Shown here: piece after piece, positions 15,897 to 27,410 of the stretch
How positions within the stretch are numbered: the first letter of the stretch is position 1
How the letters are laid out: each line of letters starts with the position of its first letter
DNA from: Camelus ferus
Taxonomy: Eukaryota
Length of the DNA: 64,000 nucleotides
Direction of reading: 5' to 3'
Assembly (NCBI RefSeq): GCF_009834535.1
Contig: NC_045697.1
Location: forward strand, 48,176,001-48,240,000
Translations under genes and position numbers: made by a program
Notes under the pieces: model-generated
What the model was told of the DNA's origin: nothing
The model's input: only the letters and a program-made list of their open reading frames with translations
Databases searched by the model: none

Positions 15897-16085
15897 TAAG
15901 TTTCCCCTGCTATCCGAAAATAGAGTGTTCCCAGGAAACCTTTCGTAAGCTGAAATTGTGTAAAGCAAAGAAGCCATTACCTTAGGACACATCTTGCTAA
16001 CAGATGCTCATAATAAATTGGGATAAAGCACAGATGTTCACAGACACAGTACAAAACTCTGGTGGCTTGCATGCTGAGATGTATA
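15897..16085 (+). mobile_element. Probable TcMar-Tigger family DNA transposon fragment
   Basis: CCCCTGCTATCCGAAAATAGAGTGTTCC...CTTTCGTAAGCTGAAA resembles a recalled Tigger-type terminus; no second TIR seen. Confidence 0.45.
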
Positions 16086-16600
16086 TTCCCATGCTTCACG
16101 AGTACTCATGGACTTCCAGATGTGGAAGACTTCTCTACTGTGTACCTAAGAGATTTCTCACACCCTAGGTGGCAGGTTCAATAGGATGGCCAGGAGACGC
16201 ACAAAAAAAGGGGAAAAATTCCTATTTATTATTAGTGTGTCCCTTGGCAGTGCTGGTCTTCTAAGCCAAGTCCTCAAAACCCATAAATTCCCAACACTCC
16301 TCTACCTCTGGGCAGCATTCCCAGCAGGTGATCTTGCCTTTGCTTAAATCTCCTCAGTGACAGGGGAGCTACTTTGAGACAGCCCACTCTGATTCATGCT
16401 GCTTTAGTTGTTATTAGTTCCTTTAGATGTTATGATATGGAAGAGAAAATATCTCCCCTCCATTTTGTGAAAAGTCCCTGAATGGATTATAAACCTTGCC
16501 AAGAAGTGTTTGTGAGGAGAATGGCTACTATTTTTAACTTAATATCAAGATTTGGGACATACCCTGGAATCCTCAAATGTCCTTTAAAATCATAATTTGT

Positions 16601-17214
16601 TTTTAGTGTTTTTTTATTAAAAATAAACTTACCTTATGTTATAGCAGTCCCACTCCTGGGCATATATCTGGAGAAAAATATAATTTGAAAAGACACATGC
16701 ACCCCAATATTCACAGAAGCACTATTTACAACTGCCAACACATGGAAACAACCTAAATGTTCACTGATAGACAACTGGATAAAGAAGTTATGGTATACAT
16801 ATACAGTGGAATACTACTTGGCCATAAAAAGAATATAATTATCTCATTTGCAGCAACATGGATGGACATGGATATTGTCATTCTAAGGAAAGTAAGCCAG
16901 AAAGAGAAAGAAAAATACCATATGATATCGCTTACATGCGGAATCTAAAACACAGGACACAAATGAACTTATCTACAAAACAGGAAAAAAAACTCACAGA
17001 CACACACTTATGGTTACCCAGGGGTAAAGTGAGTGGGAAGGGATAAACTGGGTGTTTGAAATTTGCACCTCTTGGGGAGTGATGGAAGTGTTAGCTATCT
17101 TGATTGTGGTGGTGGTTTCATAGGTATATACATCTAACAAAACTCATCAAATTGTACGTCTGAAATATGTGTAGTTTACTGTACAGGAATTATATCACAA
17201 TAAAAGTGTTTTAA
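16601..17214 (+). mobile_element. Chimeric L1 3' element (ORF2 C-terminus and 3'UTR start, joined to an older L1M-type tail) inside one TSD
   Basis: [33 protein letters not shown] ends at 16948; the tail switches type at ~17068; flanks AAAATCATAATTTGT (16586-16600) and AAAAACATAATTTGT (17214-17228). Confidence 0.85.
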
Positions 17215-18747
17215 AAAACATAATTTGTAACCTAACTCAAAAGGTACAACTAGTTGGATACCTAAAACCATTCTTACTGATGTGTTGGTAAGTTCACAGG
17301 TGACTGATAGGTTTTACTCATTGCTGTTTACGACATTAATTTAGGATAAAAGGGGGAAAGGAAGCATGCTCTAAAACTGGGAGATGGAGGAATATAAGGT
17401 TCCAAAGTATTTTGGTGTTTTATGTACTAGTGGGAAAAACAAAAGCTACAAATTAAAAAAGAACTTTCAAAGATCTTGACTTTCACATTTCACATTCTAA
17501 GAACTTATAATTTAAAACAAGGTTATGTGATGGTAAATTTTATGTTATTTTTATTTTATCACAATAATTTTTAAATTGGGGGAAGAGGTATGGTCCAAGA
17601 AATAAAAACAGTAATAGTTTCAGAGCTGACATGTCTTAAGTTATACTTGGTCTCTTCTCCAATCCGTATTATTTGAAGGAACATTGCCAATTAGTGAGCC
17701 AAAGCTTTGTGTCATGGTTTGCTTTTATAAGAGGTGCACTTTTTAATCCCCTGAATGGACTGGTAAACAAGAGGTAGGAATACACACCAGTAGCCTTGGA
17801 TGTTTTAGAAAATTTTAAATATATATTTTCTAGTAAATAATTAGATTGTCCCAGATGGCCACACACATTTGACTCTCCATAAACACTGCTTGCTGACACA
17901 TATTTTAATAGAATTATATTAATAAGGAAGATGTGCTTTCATCATCAAACTTGAGCTGAGCTATACAGAGGTCCATCTGAACCATAAACAAAGGTCTATA
18001 AATTTGATGCATAGGCCCAGATGTTGAAGAGCATGTGGAATAAGGGAAAATATGAAAAAACCAAGTTCCCACCCACAAAGGAGGCTTTTCAGGGTTTGTG
18101 GGTTTTGTTCACGTTACTGGAACCTCTACATAGCAGTTGTTTCACCTTCCTCTTGGGAAACATACATATCCACCTAGTGGACTGTAATTTCTCTGAGGCC
18201 AAACCTGGGTACCGTTCTTTCATCAATTTCCCCACGTCTTACAGCCATCAGCACTCTCTCCTTCTGCAACACGAGTCCGAAAGTGACCGTTGCCATGACT
18301 TAGCTCCTTTTACCTACTAGAGTGTGTGTCCCTTGAAGACAGGCTGCGTTGTGTTTTACACATAACAGATGGTCAAATAATTGTTGGATGCTGTAGGAAA
18401 ACGGTGGAAAGGACAATTAATTCCAGCTCCTGCATGAAAGAAGGTCTAGGCCACTTTCTTGTAAAGTCTTCTGAGTTGGCCCTGTAAGGTTTTTTTTTTG
18501 TTTTTTTGTTTTTTTGTTTTTTTGCTTTTCCTGGAGAGACCTGGTGCAAACACTTAACTGTTTCTTAAGCTAGGAACAAACAGTTAATGAGCAAGCATTT
18601 GGCATAGGAAAGTTTCAAATTTGTTCTGCCCAGGGTTCCAAAATCACCAAATACTCACATTATCTTTTGTCTAATGACCCAGGCTGGGATCCACCTACAG
18701 TCAGTTCATTTTCACTCCAATTTGCTTTTAAGTGACAACCCAGCCAG

Positions 18748-18945
18748 AGCAATGCTTTTTAAACATTTGTTTCTAGCTGCAGAACCTCATCTTTTTGCAA
18801 AAGAATTCTTACGCATAATCCTTATATTTAGATTAAAGCAGGTAAAAGTGCAGCGGGGCAGGTGGAAGCAGCAAGAGCCAGAGCTCCTCCACTGAGCCCC
18901 TTCTCCCCCTCCAAGAATTTTGCGCCACATCAGCTGAAACGCAGA
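18748..18945 (+). mobile_element. Possible old hAT-Charlie MITE remnant
   Basis: CAATGCTTTTTAAAC...AGCTGCAGAACC...TCTTACGC...TAAAAGTGCAGC resembles a recalled MER/Charlie element; subfamily not assigned. Confidence 0.4.
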
Positions 18946-19009
18946 CTTAGTGGGCCAGATTGAAGACCACTGACAACCTGATGCAATTTGGTGACAATCC
19001 ATGGAAAAT

Positions 19010-19250
19010 GTGCTTGTGAAGCAAAATGGGCGCAGGAAAACCCCACACGGGCTCCGCAAAGTCTGAGGCTGTTTATTTTCTGCTGCCCGCCCCTCCCCCA
19101 CGCGTCGGGGAATGGGGAACTGCCGCGCTCAAGATTGCTTCACTGCCACACGGCCTCTCTCCTTCCACTTCTCCACTGGGGTCCTTTCTGCGCAGTATCT
19201 GCTCATCGCGCCTCTTGGAGTCAAAGCTGTTTCGCTGGGGAGGGGAGCTA
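19010..19250. promoter_or_regulatory. Short CpG-retaining GC-rich patch, candidate enhancer or promoter
   Basis: Many CpGs against a CpG-poor background; GC box CCCGCCCC near 19086; kB-like GGAAAACCCC at 19035-19044; forkhead-like TGTTTAT. Confidence 0.4.
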
Positions 19251-19254
19251 CATG

Positions 19255-19475
19255 TTGTAATTAAGAATTTGGGCTCTGAGGCTGACTCCAGGCTCCACGA
19301 CTTGCTGGGTGCAGGAGTCTGGACATCTCTCATTCTCGTTTTGTCTTAGGTTGTCTCACTGGCGCTATCGGGACAGACTAGCACCTGCCGCATAGGGTTG
19401 CTATAAGGATTAAATCAGGTAATGACTGCAAGAACCTTAGAACAGTGCCAGGCACAGAGTAAATGTTTGGTAGAC
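19255..19475 (+). mobile_element. MIR SINE
   Basis: TTAAGAATTTGGGCTCTG...CATAGGGTTGCTATAAGGATTAAAT...CTTAGAACAGTGCCAGGCACAGAGTAAATG. Confidence 0.8.
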
Positions 19476-19860
19476 GCTATATGTCATTGGGAATACAGAT
19501 GGTTTCTGGCCTGATGCAGAAAATGGTGGGTCGCTCCTTTTGCTCCCAGCTTTCTGGGTCTCCTGAACTCCTTGCAGATGTCAAGCCAAACACGCGGTCT
19601 CCGCAGTCACACCTCTGCTATTCCTATGCCTATGTCAGTCTGAGGACTGCAGCGCATCCGGGTGCCACAGCTTTCCTCCTGCTCCCTCTGCCGCAAACCT
19701 TTAATGACAACTCCCAGGAGACACTAGAAACTCAAGCTTTTGTTGGTTCTAGTTTCCCTAAAGATACTTTGTTATTCAACCCTTAATAGTTCTTTGAGCT
19801 GGACTTCTGTTTCCTGTATCATGAAAACCCATATATTAAACAATTTTTAATTGGTACAAG

Positions 19861-19993
19861 CAGGACTGGCTGTGTAATTTTCAGGACCCAGTGCAAAATG
19901 AAAGTGTGGGGTACCTTGTTCACTATTATTAAGAATGTCAAGGCAGTGGCAGTAGAGCATTAAACCAAGTGCAGGGCTGTGAAGCTGGCCCTG
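19861..19993 (-). mobile_element. MER45A-like hAT-Tip100 MITE (internally deleted)
   Basis: TIRs CAGGACTGGCT / AGCTGGCCCTG; internal CCCAGTGCAAAATGAAA and AGAGCATTAAACCAAG; degenerate 8-bp TSD GGTACAAG/AGTACAGA. Confidence 0.85.
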
Positions 19994-20454
19994 AGTACAG
20001 ACATTAGCATCATTAAGCCTTCATTTATGCCAGTCAGGATGGGATATTCAATTTACACGAGATTTCCCTGATGTTCATGCACAAAGGCTTGAAGGACAGA
20101 AAGTATATATAAAAGACACTTGTTTATTCCTCCCACAGAAAATAATTGTAAACAAGAGACAAGAGATTCTGTCTGAAGACCTATATGACAGATTCCTATA
20201 GAAGTAAGAACGTGGTATCTTCTCTCTCTCTCTGCTGGGGAGTTACGTCAGTTTTTTTTCTTGGATTCCCCTGACACTTCATTTTGATAAACATCCCAGA
20301 ATCTCATATTTCAGCTGTTACCAGTCTCATGAAAAGACCTCACTCTTCATAAAGGTGTTGTGCTCATTATTGGCGAAGGAGGTTAACTGTTCATTTTTAG
20401 TACTTCTTTTGTTGCGCTGTGAGGAATCTTCACAGAAACCAAGCTGACTGTTCT

Positions 20455-20810
20455 GCTAGCTTAATGGTGATTCTCCCCAGAAGCAGAGCCTGAGATAAGG
20501 ATTTAGTTATCAGTAGGTTATTGGGAGATGCAGGACAGGAGGGAAGGAAAAGCAGCTGAGAGAAGGTGAATTATTAAGCCAGCATTCCCACTGATTGATT
20601 GGAAATTAATCATATTGAGAAACTCTGAGATACTGTGTAAAACCTACACCACAGAATTATCTCCCCTACGGGCTCAAGGGACATTTAGTTACCCACTCCC
20701 ATCAGTCACTGATTGAGAACTGCTGACGGGGGGGCCGGGCTCCATCCTGCCAGTGCATCCTGGGACAGTAAGGCCTCAGGGACGGGCAGATGCTGGGAGC
20801 GTCTGCTACA
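20455..20810 (-). mobile_element. ERVL-class solo LTR remnant (LTR16-like)
   Basis: TTCTCCCCAGAAGCAGAGCCTGAGATAAGGATTT...GGTTATTGGGAG is the reverse complement of an ERVL LTR 3' end. Confidence 0.65.
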
Positions 20811-20859
20811 TCTATAATGTTGAACTGGAAAGAGTCTATGCTGCAGAGAAAATTGGAAA

Positions 20860-21005
20860 GCAGATAGCGCTGGGTTCCAAGATCAGCGCTACTGATTAGA
20901 GGCAGAATGATTCGGGTAAGTTAACATGTGAGCGTCAACTTTTCATCTATAAAATAGAAATACCACAACTTACCTACTGTCAGGGCTGTTGGGATGATTA
21001 GAACC
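20860..21005 (+). mobile_element. MIR remnant
   Basis: GGGTAAGTTAAC...TTTCATCTATAAAATAG...CAGGGCTGTTGGGATGATTA. Confidence 0.65.
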
Positions 21006-21061
21006 GTATGAAACATAAGATGTTGCCATTTATATATAGAGCTGCCACAGTTGTTTTTAAA

Positions 21062-21238
21062 CCAGTATGTCTCAAACTTATATATTCATAGCATTCACTT
21101 AAAAACCTTGTTAGAATGTAGAATTTTGATTAAGTATACCAGGTTGGGGGCGGGGGGGGGGTAATGTTCTGCTTTTCTAACAAGCTTTCAGCTTGATAGG
21201 ATGCTGTTGGTCCATGGACCATACTTACTGCAGCAAGA
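21062..21238. mobile_element. MER5A/B-like hAT-Charlie MITE
   Basis: CAGTATGTCTCAAACTT...TTTTCTAACAAGC...GATGCTGTTGGTCCATGGACCATACTT. Confidence 0.7.
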
Positions 21239-21599
21239 TTTTAAACCATTCTAAGATTTCTTTTAAATCACTATATGCAGTAAATCACAAAATATTTTCC
21301 CTGGATCTGTAGAGCTTCATCATAGCCAAAAAAACAAAAAAACAAAAAAAAAAGAGGTTTGATTATATCCATGACAGCTGTTAGCCTTATAGGGAATAGG
21401 ACAACCAGCTGGGTTAATCACCACTAATAAACTTAACCGACTGGGATTCCCAGAGCAGAGTTACACAAGAGAGGAAGTGCAAAATGAAAAATATATAGGA
21501 TAGATAAGGATTTCAGCATTATGGGAAGCCTAAGAAAAGAAAAAAATTGCATCATTATTAGGGAATGAGGAAAAGGAAGAGAACCCAAAGGCATATTTC

Positions 21600-21900
21600 T
21601 AAGCAATTCATGACATTAATCCAAAATAAATAGGATGTGCTTTGAGATGTCTCCTATGTGCCATACATTATGTAGGGGCAGTGATGTAAAAGAGTACGTG
21701 ATGTTTACATTGTGTTGAGGGGAACAGACACATACATGCAGATACCAAGCAGTAAAAATGTGAATATATAGTTCTCCTTAGTGGGAGAGTTTTGGTAGAG
21801 GGAGATTATTTTGGTCTGGAATATCTAGGAAAAGTACAGTTTGGAAGGAAGATTTCAACTAAGCCTTCAGAGGACAGATGAGTCTTGGGTTTGAATACAG
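21600..21900 (-). mobile_element. L2 remnant
   Basis: TGAGATGTCTCCTATGTGCCATACATTATG...TTTACATTGTGTTGAGGGGAACAGACA is an antisense L2 tail pattern. Confidence 0.5.
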
Positions 21901-22074
21901 TGGGAATGTATAGGGAAATGGTCATAACTATAATAAAGTGATTCTATAAAATGTGGTTCAAAAAGGGCATTGTTTTGGAATATGTGTTAGTAACAGGGCT
22001 TGGTTATGAACCCCGGACCACAGTGCACTTATAACCTGCTGAGAGAGGTGGAGGTCAAGAGGCAGGTGGCCAGT

Positions 22075-22330
22075 AGAAGCATCAGCACTAAGAATATGGA
22101 ATTTGGAGTCAGATCTGGGTTCACACACCGATTTCAATAAGAAATAGCTGTGTGACTTGGAAACACTATTCCCTCTGAATTTCCTTTCTAGTTCATAAAA
22201 TGATGATTTCATGTTTTCTAAATAGGATTGAAGGGCTGAGTAAATGAGATAATCCATGGAAGTTAATTCGTGTATATTCCTTAGCACGGGGCCTAGTTAA
22301 TAGATAAGTGTTTGACAAACAGTACCTATT
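22075..22330 (+). mobile_element. MIR SINE
   Basis: TTGGAGTCAGATCTGGGTTCA...TAGCTGTGTGACTTGG...TAAATGAGATAATCCATGGAAAG. Confidence 0.85.
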
Positions 22331-22539
22331 AACATAATCAAAACAGAAAGGAGAAAGGCCAGCAAAATTTCTTTGAAAGAAGAAACCTCATTGTAGTCAC
22401 AGCAGTGCTTCTGACCAGGGAGTTCTAGGAGGTGAAGGGGGTCACGAAGACTGGAGCCCCAAGATACCTGGGAGCATGTAGCTTCAGGTTATACTGTCAG
22501 TAATACACATGCATGTGCTCTTTCATAGAAGAAAAATGT

Positions 22540-22957
22540 GGGTGGGTGGTTGCTAGATGTGCTGCCCAAATCCCCCCTCAGAATAAAGGAGCTGTAACCC
22601 ACCACACTGGGAGTTCCTTCTAGCTGAAGAGAGCAACCTGCTCAAAGTCATACCCCTTCTCTGGGTAGTCCATAGCCAGTGACTGTTGACACAGGGATGT
22701 CAGTTGAGCCTTCTCACTGCAATTATGAACAGCTCTGAAGGATCAGTCCATCTTCAGAAATCTCCAGAGGTCTACTGAATCATCAGGGTCTATTAAAGCT
22801 TCATTTAGACAGCATCCCATCTCAGTTTCTCCTTTTGCTCAATCCTGTTTCTTTCCTTTTCTTCCACAAGTGTTGAACCTAAGGGCACTCCCTAATAAAC
22901 TTCCTGCATAGTAATTTCTGTCTTAGAGTCTTCTTACTGGAGAATCAACCTGTGACA
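22540..22957 (+). mobile_element. ERVL 5' LTR (LTR16-like)
   Basis: Ends CCTAATAAACTTCCTGCA...GTCTTAGAGTCTTCTTACTGGAGAATCAACCTGTGACA, followed directly by ERVL internal sequence. Confidence 0.75.
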
Positions 22958-24145
22958 GGTGCTATTGCAGACAGTAGGCGGAGGACATGTGGCTCTTGGC
23001 ACAAGGTGGTAGGGTAGGAACTAAAATGATCACAGGTAATGAAGTTGGAGGGTATGCTGGTAGAAGAAAGTATGTTAGCTAGTGCTGGAATATGAGGGAA
23101 ATACTTTAAAGACAATAGAATTGGGTGAGTTTTTTTTTTTTTAACTCAATTGAGGCTTTGGAAAACAGATAATCTAGAGGGGTGGAAGGCAGAGGTTCTC
23201 CTTAGTAGCATATAAACCTCTTATGTCCCTCAGCAGAAGAGCTGAGGAAGTTGAGGACCAGGCCCAGGAACTAGCATAAGAGTAGCAAATTTCAGTGGAG
23301 GTTAGACTCTCGGCCTAGGCAGATCTGCTATGCCAAGGGCAGGGCCCTGGTTGAGTAAAAATAAGACCCTGACATGTGGGATGGGGACACCTGGGTTGCT
23401 ACCCCACACCCCCAAATCTTGAATCTCCAGATTCCCAGGAGCCCTACAGATATACAGAGATAGTATACCCATCTCTATTCAGGGTTAGCAATCCTCTCTT
23501 TTTCAGAGACAATTCAGAAGCCTTTTCCTTACAGGACAGCGTGTGTCCATCTCAGGATCTGGCCCTACCTACCCAGTTGGCCACAAGGTCTATAACTGTA
23601 AGTTGCAGTAAACACAGCCAGAGGAATGCTGGGCATGATAAGGCAGAAAAGGGACCATACCCCAAAGGTATTACCAGACTGAGTCATCTTTTATAAACAT
23701 GACCAGAAGACTATGGATGGAGTTGGTTTCTGAGCATGCTGGAATATTGCTTGTAAACAGAGTTTATCAATTTGAGAGGCTCTTCTAAGATACGTGATTT
23801 AAAAATCAAGGACACCAAGAGATGATGCAAACACACTCCTAGGGTGGCTCTTTAGAGCATGGAAAAAGCAATAGCTCACTCTAAACGGGAAAAGAAGTAC
23901 CAGGGTTGCCATGGCAGTTGGTAGACAAAAAAAATAAAAGACTGGGAGAAGTACACATGCTAGAGTGGGTACTCCACATAAGACTGGAAAACCCACCAAA
24001 CATCTGTGTTCCAGAAGATACACTATTTTGTGAAGCAATGGTAAAAGGGTCACTAGCAGCAGTTAGAAGTTCAGTGTTGGCAATCCTTAGCAGACCAGGG
24101 TTGACAGTAGCAAATGCCAGTACAAAACTGGGCTCACTAATATTA
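22958..24145 (+). mobile_element. ERVL internal region with decayed gag
   Basis: ~23330-23393 translates AKGRALVE*K*DPDMWDGDTW (ERVL gag KVRALIGKEWDP..WDGD.W type); ORF 23906-24190 contains RLGEVHMLEWVLHIR and SSVLAILSRPGLTVANASTKLGSL. Confidence 0.8.
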
Positions 24146-24254
24146 GGACATCCCTCCAGCTCCACTCCCACCCCCACATGCACACTATAGAGGACAATCA
24201 TCTGAAGCCAAGTAGGAGCAATTTTAGTAATGTATGGCAGGAACAAAAGGGTAA

Positions 24255-24736
24255 TGGATGGTCTGACCCAGGCTCCTTTCAAACTACTGCCCTGTTCTGT
24301 GACTTGGAGTGTATGAGATTTTGCATGCACTCTTTAAGAGTGGTAGCTCTGTTTCCTACAGTTCTCTGGCTCTTCCAAATGTAGGTCCCGATGGTTTTCA
24401 GTGCCAGACCTTCTGGGTGTTCATCTGCCCAGTGTAGGACACCTGATCTGGGGAGCCATATCTGGGGCTCAACCCACTCATTTCTTGGAGAGAACCTCTG
24501 TAGTTGTGATATTCCTCTTGTTTTGGGGTAACCAACCCTGGGGTGCAGGTCCTGACTATATCACATCTCCGCCCCTCCTATCTATTTTGTTATGTATCCT
24601 TCTTTAGATCATTAGTTATGGAAAATCTTATCTGCTAGTCTTCAAATCATTCTCATAGTTGCTCTGTAAATGGCTGTAATTTTGGTGTGCCCATGGAAGG
24701 AGGTGGGTACAGGTCTTCTGACTCTGTCATCTTGGG
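24255..24736 (-). mobile_element. Orphan L1 5'UTR (promoter end)
   Basis: Ends TCTTCTGACTCTGTCATCTTGG, the reverse complement of an L1 5' terminus CCAAGATG(G)C.GAG with a decayed YY1 motif; the body resembles recalled laurasiatherian L1 5'UTRs. Confidence 0.65.
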
Positions 24737-24864
24737 GAAGCTCCATTTCCCATTTTCTTGGATGGTAGACCTAATCTTCTGGATTTATCTTTATATTTTA
24801 TGTCTTTAAATGGAAGATTTCCTTATATTTTAGAACTTTTATAAGCCTATTTTTGCAAAGATTT

Positions 24865-27410
24865 AAAAATCAACTTTAATATACATATGATAAAATGCAT
24901 CCACTTTAAGTTTACAGTTTGATAGGTATTCATCTGTGTACCTACCACCCTAATCAAGTTATTTAGTTATTACAATCAAGTCATTTAGTTATTACAATCA
25001 AGGTATGGTATATTTCCATTACCCCCAAAAGTTCCCTCATGCCTCTTTATCATCAATATCCATCCCCACCCCACCAGACACAAATAACTGCTGATCTCTT
25101 TTCTGTCACTATAGATTAATTTTCCTCTTCTAAAATTTCACATCAAAGGAATCATACAGTATATATTTTTTGGTGTCTGGCTTCTTTCATTTAGTGTGTT
25201 TTTGAAATCCACAGTGTGTGCATTAATAGTCTGTTGATTTTTGTTATCAAGCAGGCTTCTATTATATGGATATGCCATTTGTTTAACCATTCACCTATTA
25301 ATTGACATTTGGGTTGTCCCCAGTTTTAGGCTGTTATGAGCAAAGCTGCTATGAATACTTATGTACAGTTGTCTTTGTGAGGATATATGTTTTCATTTCT
25401 TGTTGTTATATACTTAGGAGTAGATATGGCAAATGTAAATGGCAAATGTAAATTTAACTTTATAAGGAGCTGCCAAACTCTATTGCAAAGTGGTTGTGCC
25501 ATTTTATATTTGCCCCATCTCTATATGAGAGTTCTAACTGCTCTATATTCTCACCATTTGGTAGTCTCAGATTTTGTTTCTGCTTTTCTTTTTAGCCATT
25601 CTATGGATTTATAATAATATGTCGTGATTTAACTTGTATTTCTCTGGTGGCTAAGAATGTTGAGCATCTTTTTGTCTATCTATTGGCCAATCTCATATCT
25701 TCTTTATTTTAAGGATCAAATTATCAGCCCAATTTAAAAACTGGGTTATTGTCATCTGATTATCAAGCTGTAAATGTTCTTTATATATTCTGGATGCAAG
25801 TCCTTCATCAGATATATGTAAAGAATATATTTTCTACCAGTCTGTTTTGGGTTGTTTTCTCATTTTCTTAAAGTTGATATTTGCCAAAAGTATTTAATTA
25901 TGATAGAGTCCTTTTATTAATCTTTTTCTTTCATATTTTGTGCTTTCATCTCATATCCAAGAAGTCTTTGTCTTCCCCAAGTTTGTGAAGATATTTTCTT
26001 ATGTTTTGTTGTAGCAATTATATAATTTTTGTTTTTACATTTCAGTTTATATTCAATTTCGTTACCTTTTACATTTGGTGTGAAGTTGTTGAAGTTCATA
26101 TTTTTTCATATGGTTATCCAGTTGTTCAAGTGCTATTTGTTGAAAAAACGCTCTTTCTGCAATTGAATTACTTGGACACAATCATTTTCTTTAATAAATA
26201 CAGAGCTATTAAAATGTTTCTTTTAATGTTAGTTTTGTAGCTGTGTCATACAAGGAATTTGTCTGTTTCATCTAACTTGTCCAATTTATTGCATAAATTT
26301 GTTCATAATAGTCCCCTTGTATCCTTTTAATATCTTAGAGTGAAGTTATTTCTTTTATTCCTGATTTTAATCTTTTGTATCTTCTTTTTTCTTGACTAGT
26401 CTGATTAGAGGCTTAATAATTTTTCAAAGAACCAGCTTTTGGTTTCATTGATTTTTTTTCCCCTGTAACTTGTGTTTTCTGTTTCATGATTCCATTTGTA
26501 TTTTTATTGTTTCTCACATTCTACTTACTCTCGGCTCAATTTGTTCTTTTTCCTTGCTTTTTCATGTGGAATCTTGCGTTATTGATTTTAAAGTTTTGTT
26601 CTTTTCTAATATAAGCACTTGAAGCTCTAAATTTCCCTCTAATCAATGCTTTACATCCTACAAATTATGATGTATTGCATTTTCATTATTTTTCAGATAA
26701 AATACATCCTAATATTCCTTGTGATAGACTGTATGATATATGGATTATTTAGAAATGTGTTGTTTAAGTTACAAATATCTGTGCATTTTTCAGTGTCCCT
26801 TTGTTACTGATTTCTAATTTACCCTGTTCTCAGAGAACACATTCTATATGACTTCAGTGCTTTAAATTTCTTCAGACTCTATGCAGTCCAGTATATGGTC
26901 TGATTTGGTGAATGATCCATGTGCATCTGAAAATAGTATATACATACTCTGTTGTTTTGGGGTGAAGTGTTCTATAAATGTTCTATAAACATCTAGCTCA
27001 AGTCAGCTGATATTGCTATTTCATTCTTCTGTTTTCTTAAGGAATTTTCTTTCTATTCTACCAATTACTGAGAAAAGAGAGTTGAACTTTTCCAGGTATT
27101 ACTGTATTTATCTGTTTCTAGTTTCAGTTCTGTCAGGTTTTGCTTCATGTATTTTTGAAGTAACTAGTTATAAACACATTTATGATTATATTTTCTTGAT
27201 GAAATGACTCAGTTTCACTATGAGAAGTTTCTCTTTATCTCTAGTCATATTTCTTGTCCTGAGGTATCACTCTAGTTTTCTGAAAATAAATCTTTGCAAG
27301 GTATATTTTTTATCCTTCTACTTTAATTTAATAGGGTTTAAAAAATTATTTATGAAAGGTTTCTTGCAAACAGAAAATAGTTGGATTTTGCTTTACCCTC
27401 AGTCATTCTA
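24865..27410 (-). mobile_element. Old L1 (L1MC/MD/ME-like) with internal deletions
   Basis: L1 3'UTR motifs (ATTTCCATTACCCCCAAAAGTTCCCTCATGCC), ORF2 antisense motifs (AAAGAACCAGCTTTTGGTTTCATTGATTTT); discontinuity near 26190. Confidence 0.88.

Noticed and set aside
21142..21162. G-run as a functional G-quadruplex
   Set aside because: A homopolymer expansion inside a MER5-like element with no other support.
23881..24330. Overlapping ORFs as a domesticated gag gene
   Set aside because: The gag homology is broken by stops and frameshifts; the 149-aa minus ORF is only the antisense frame.
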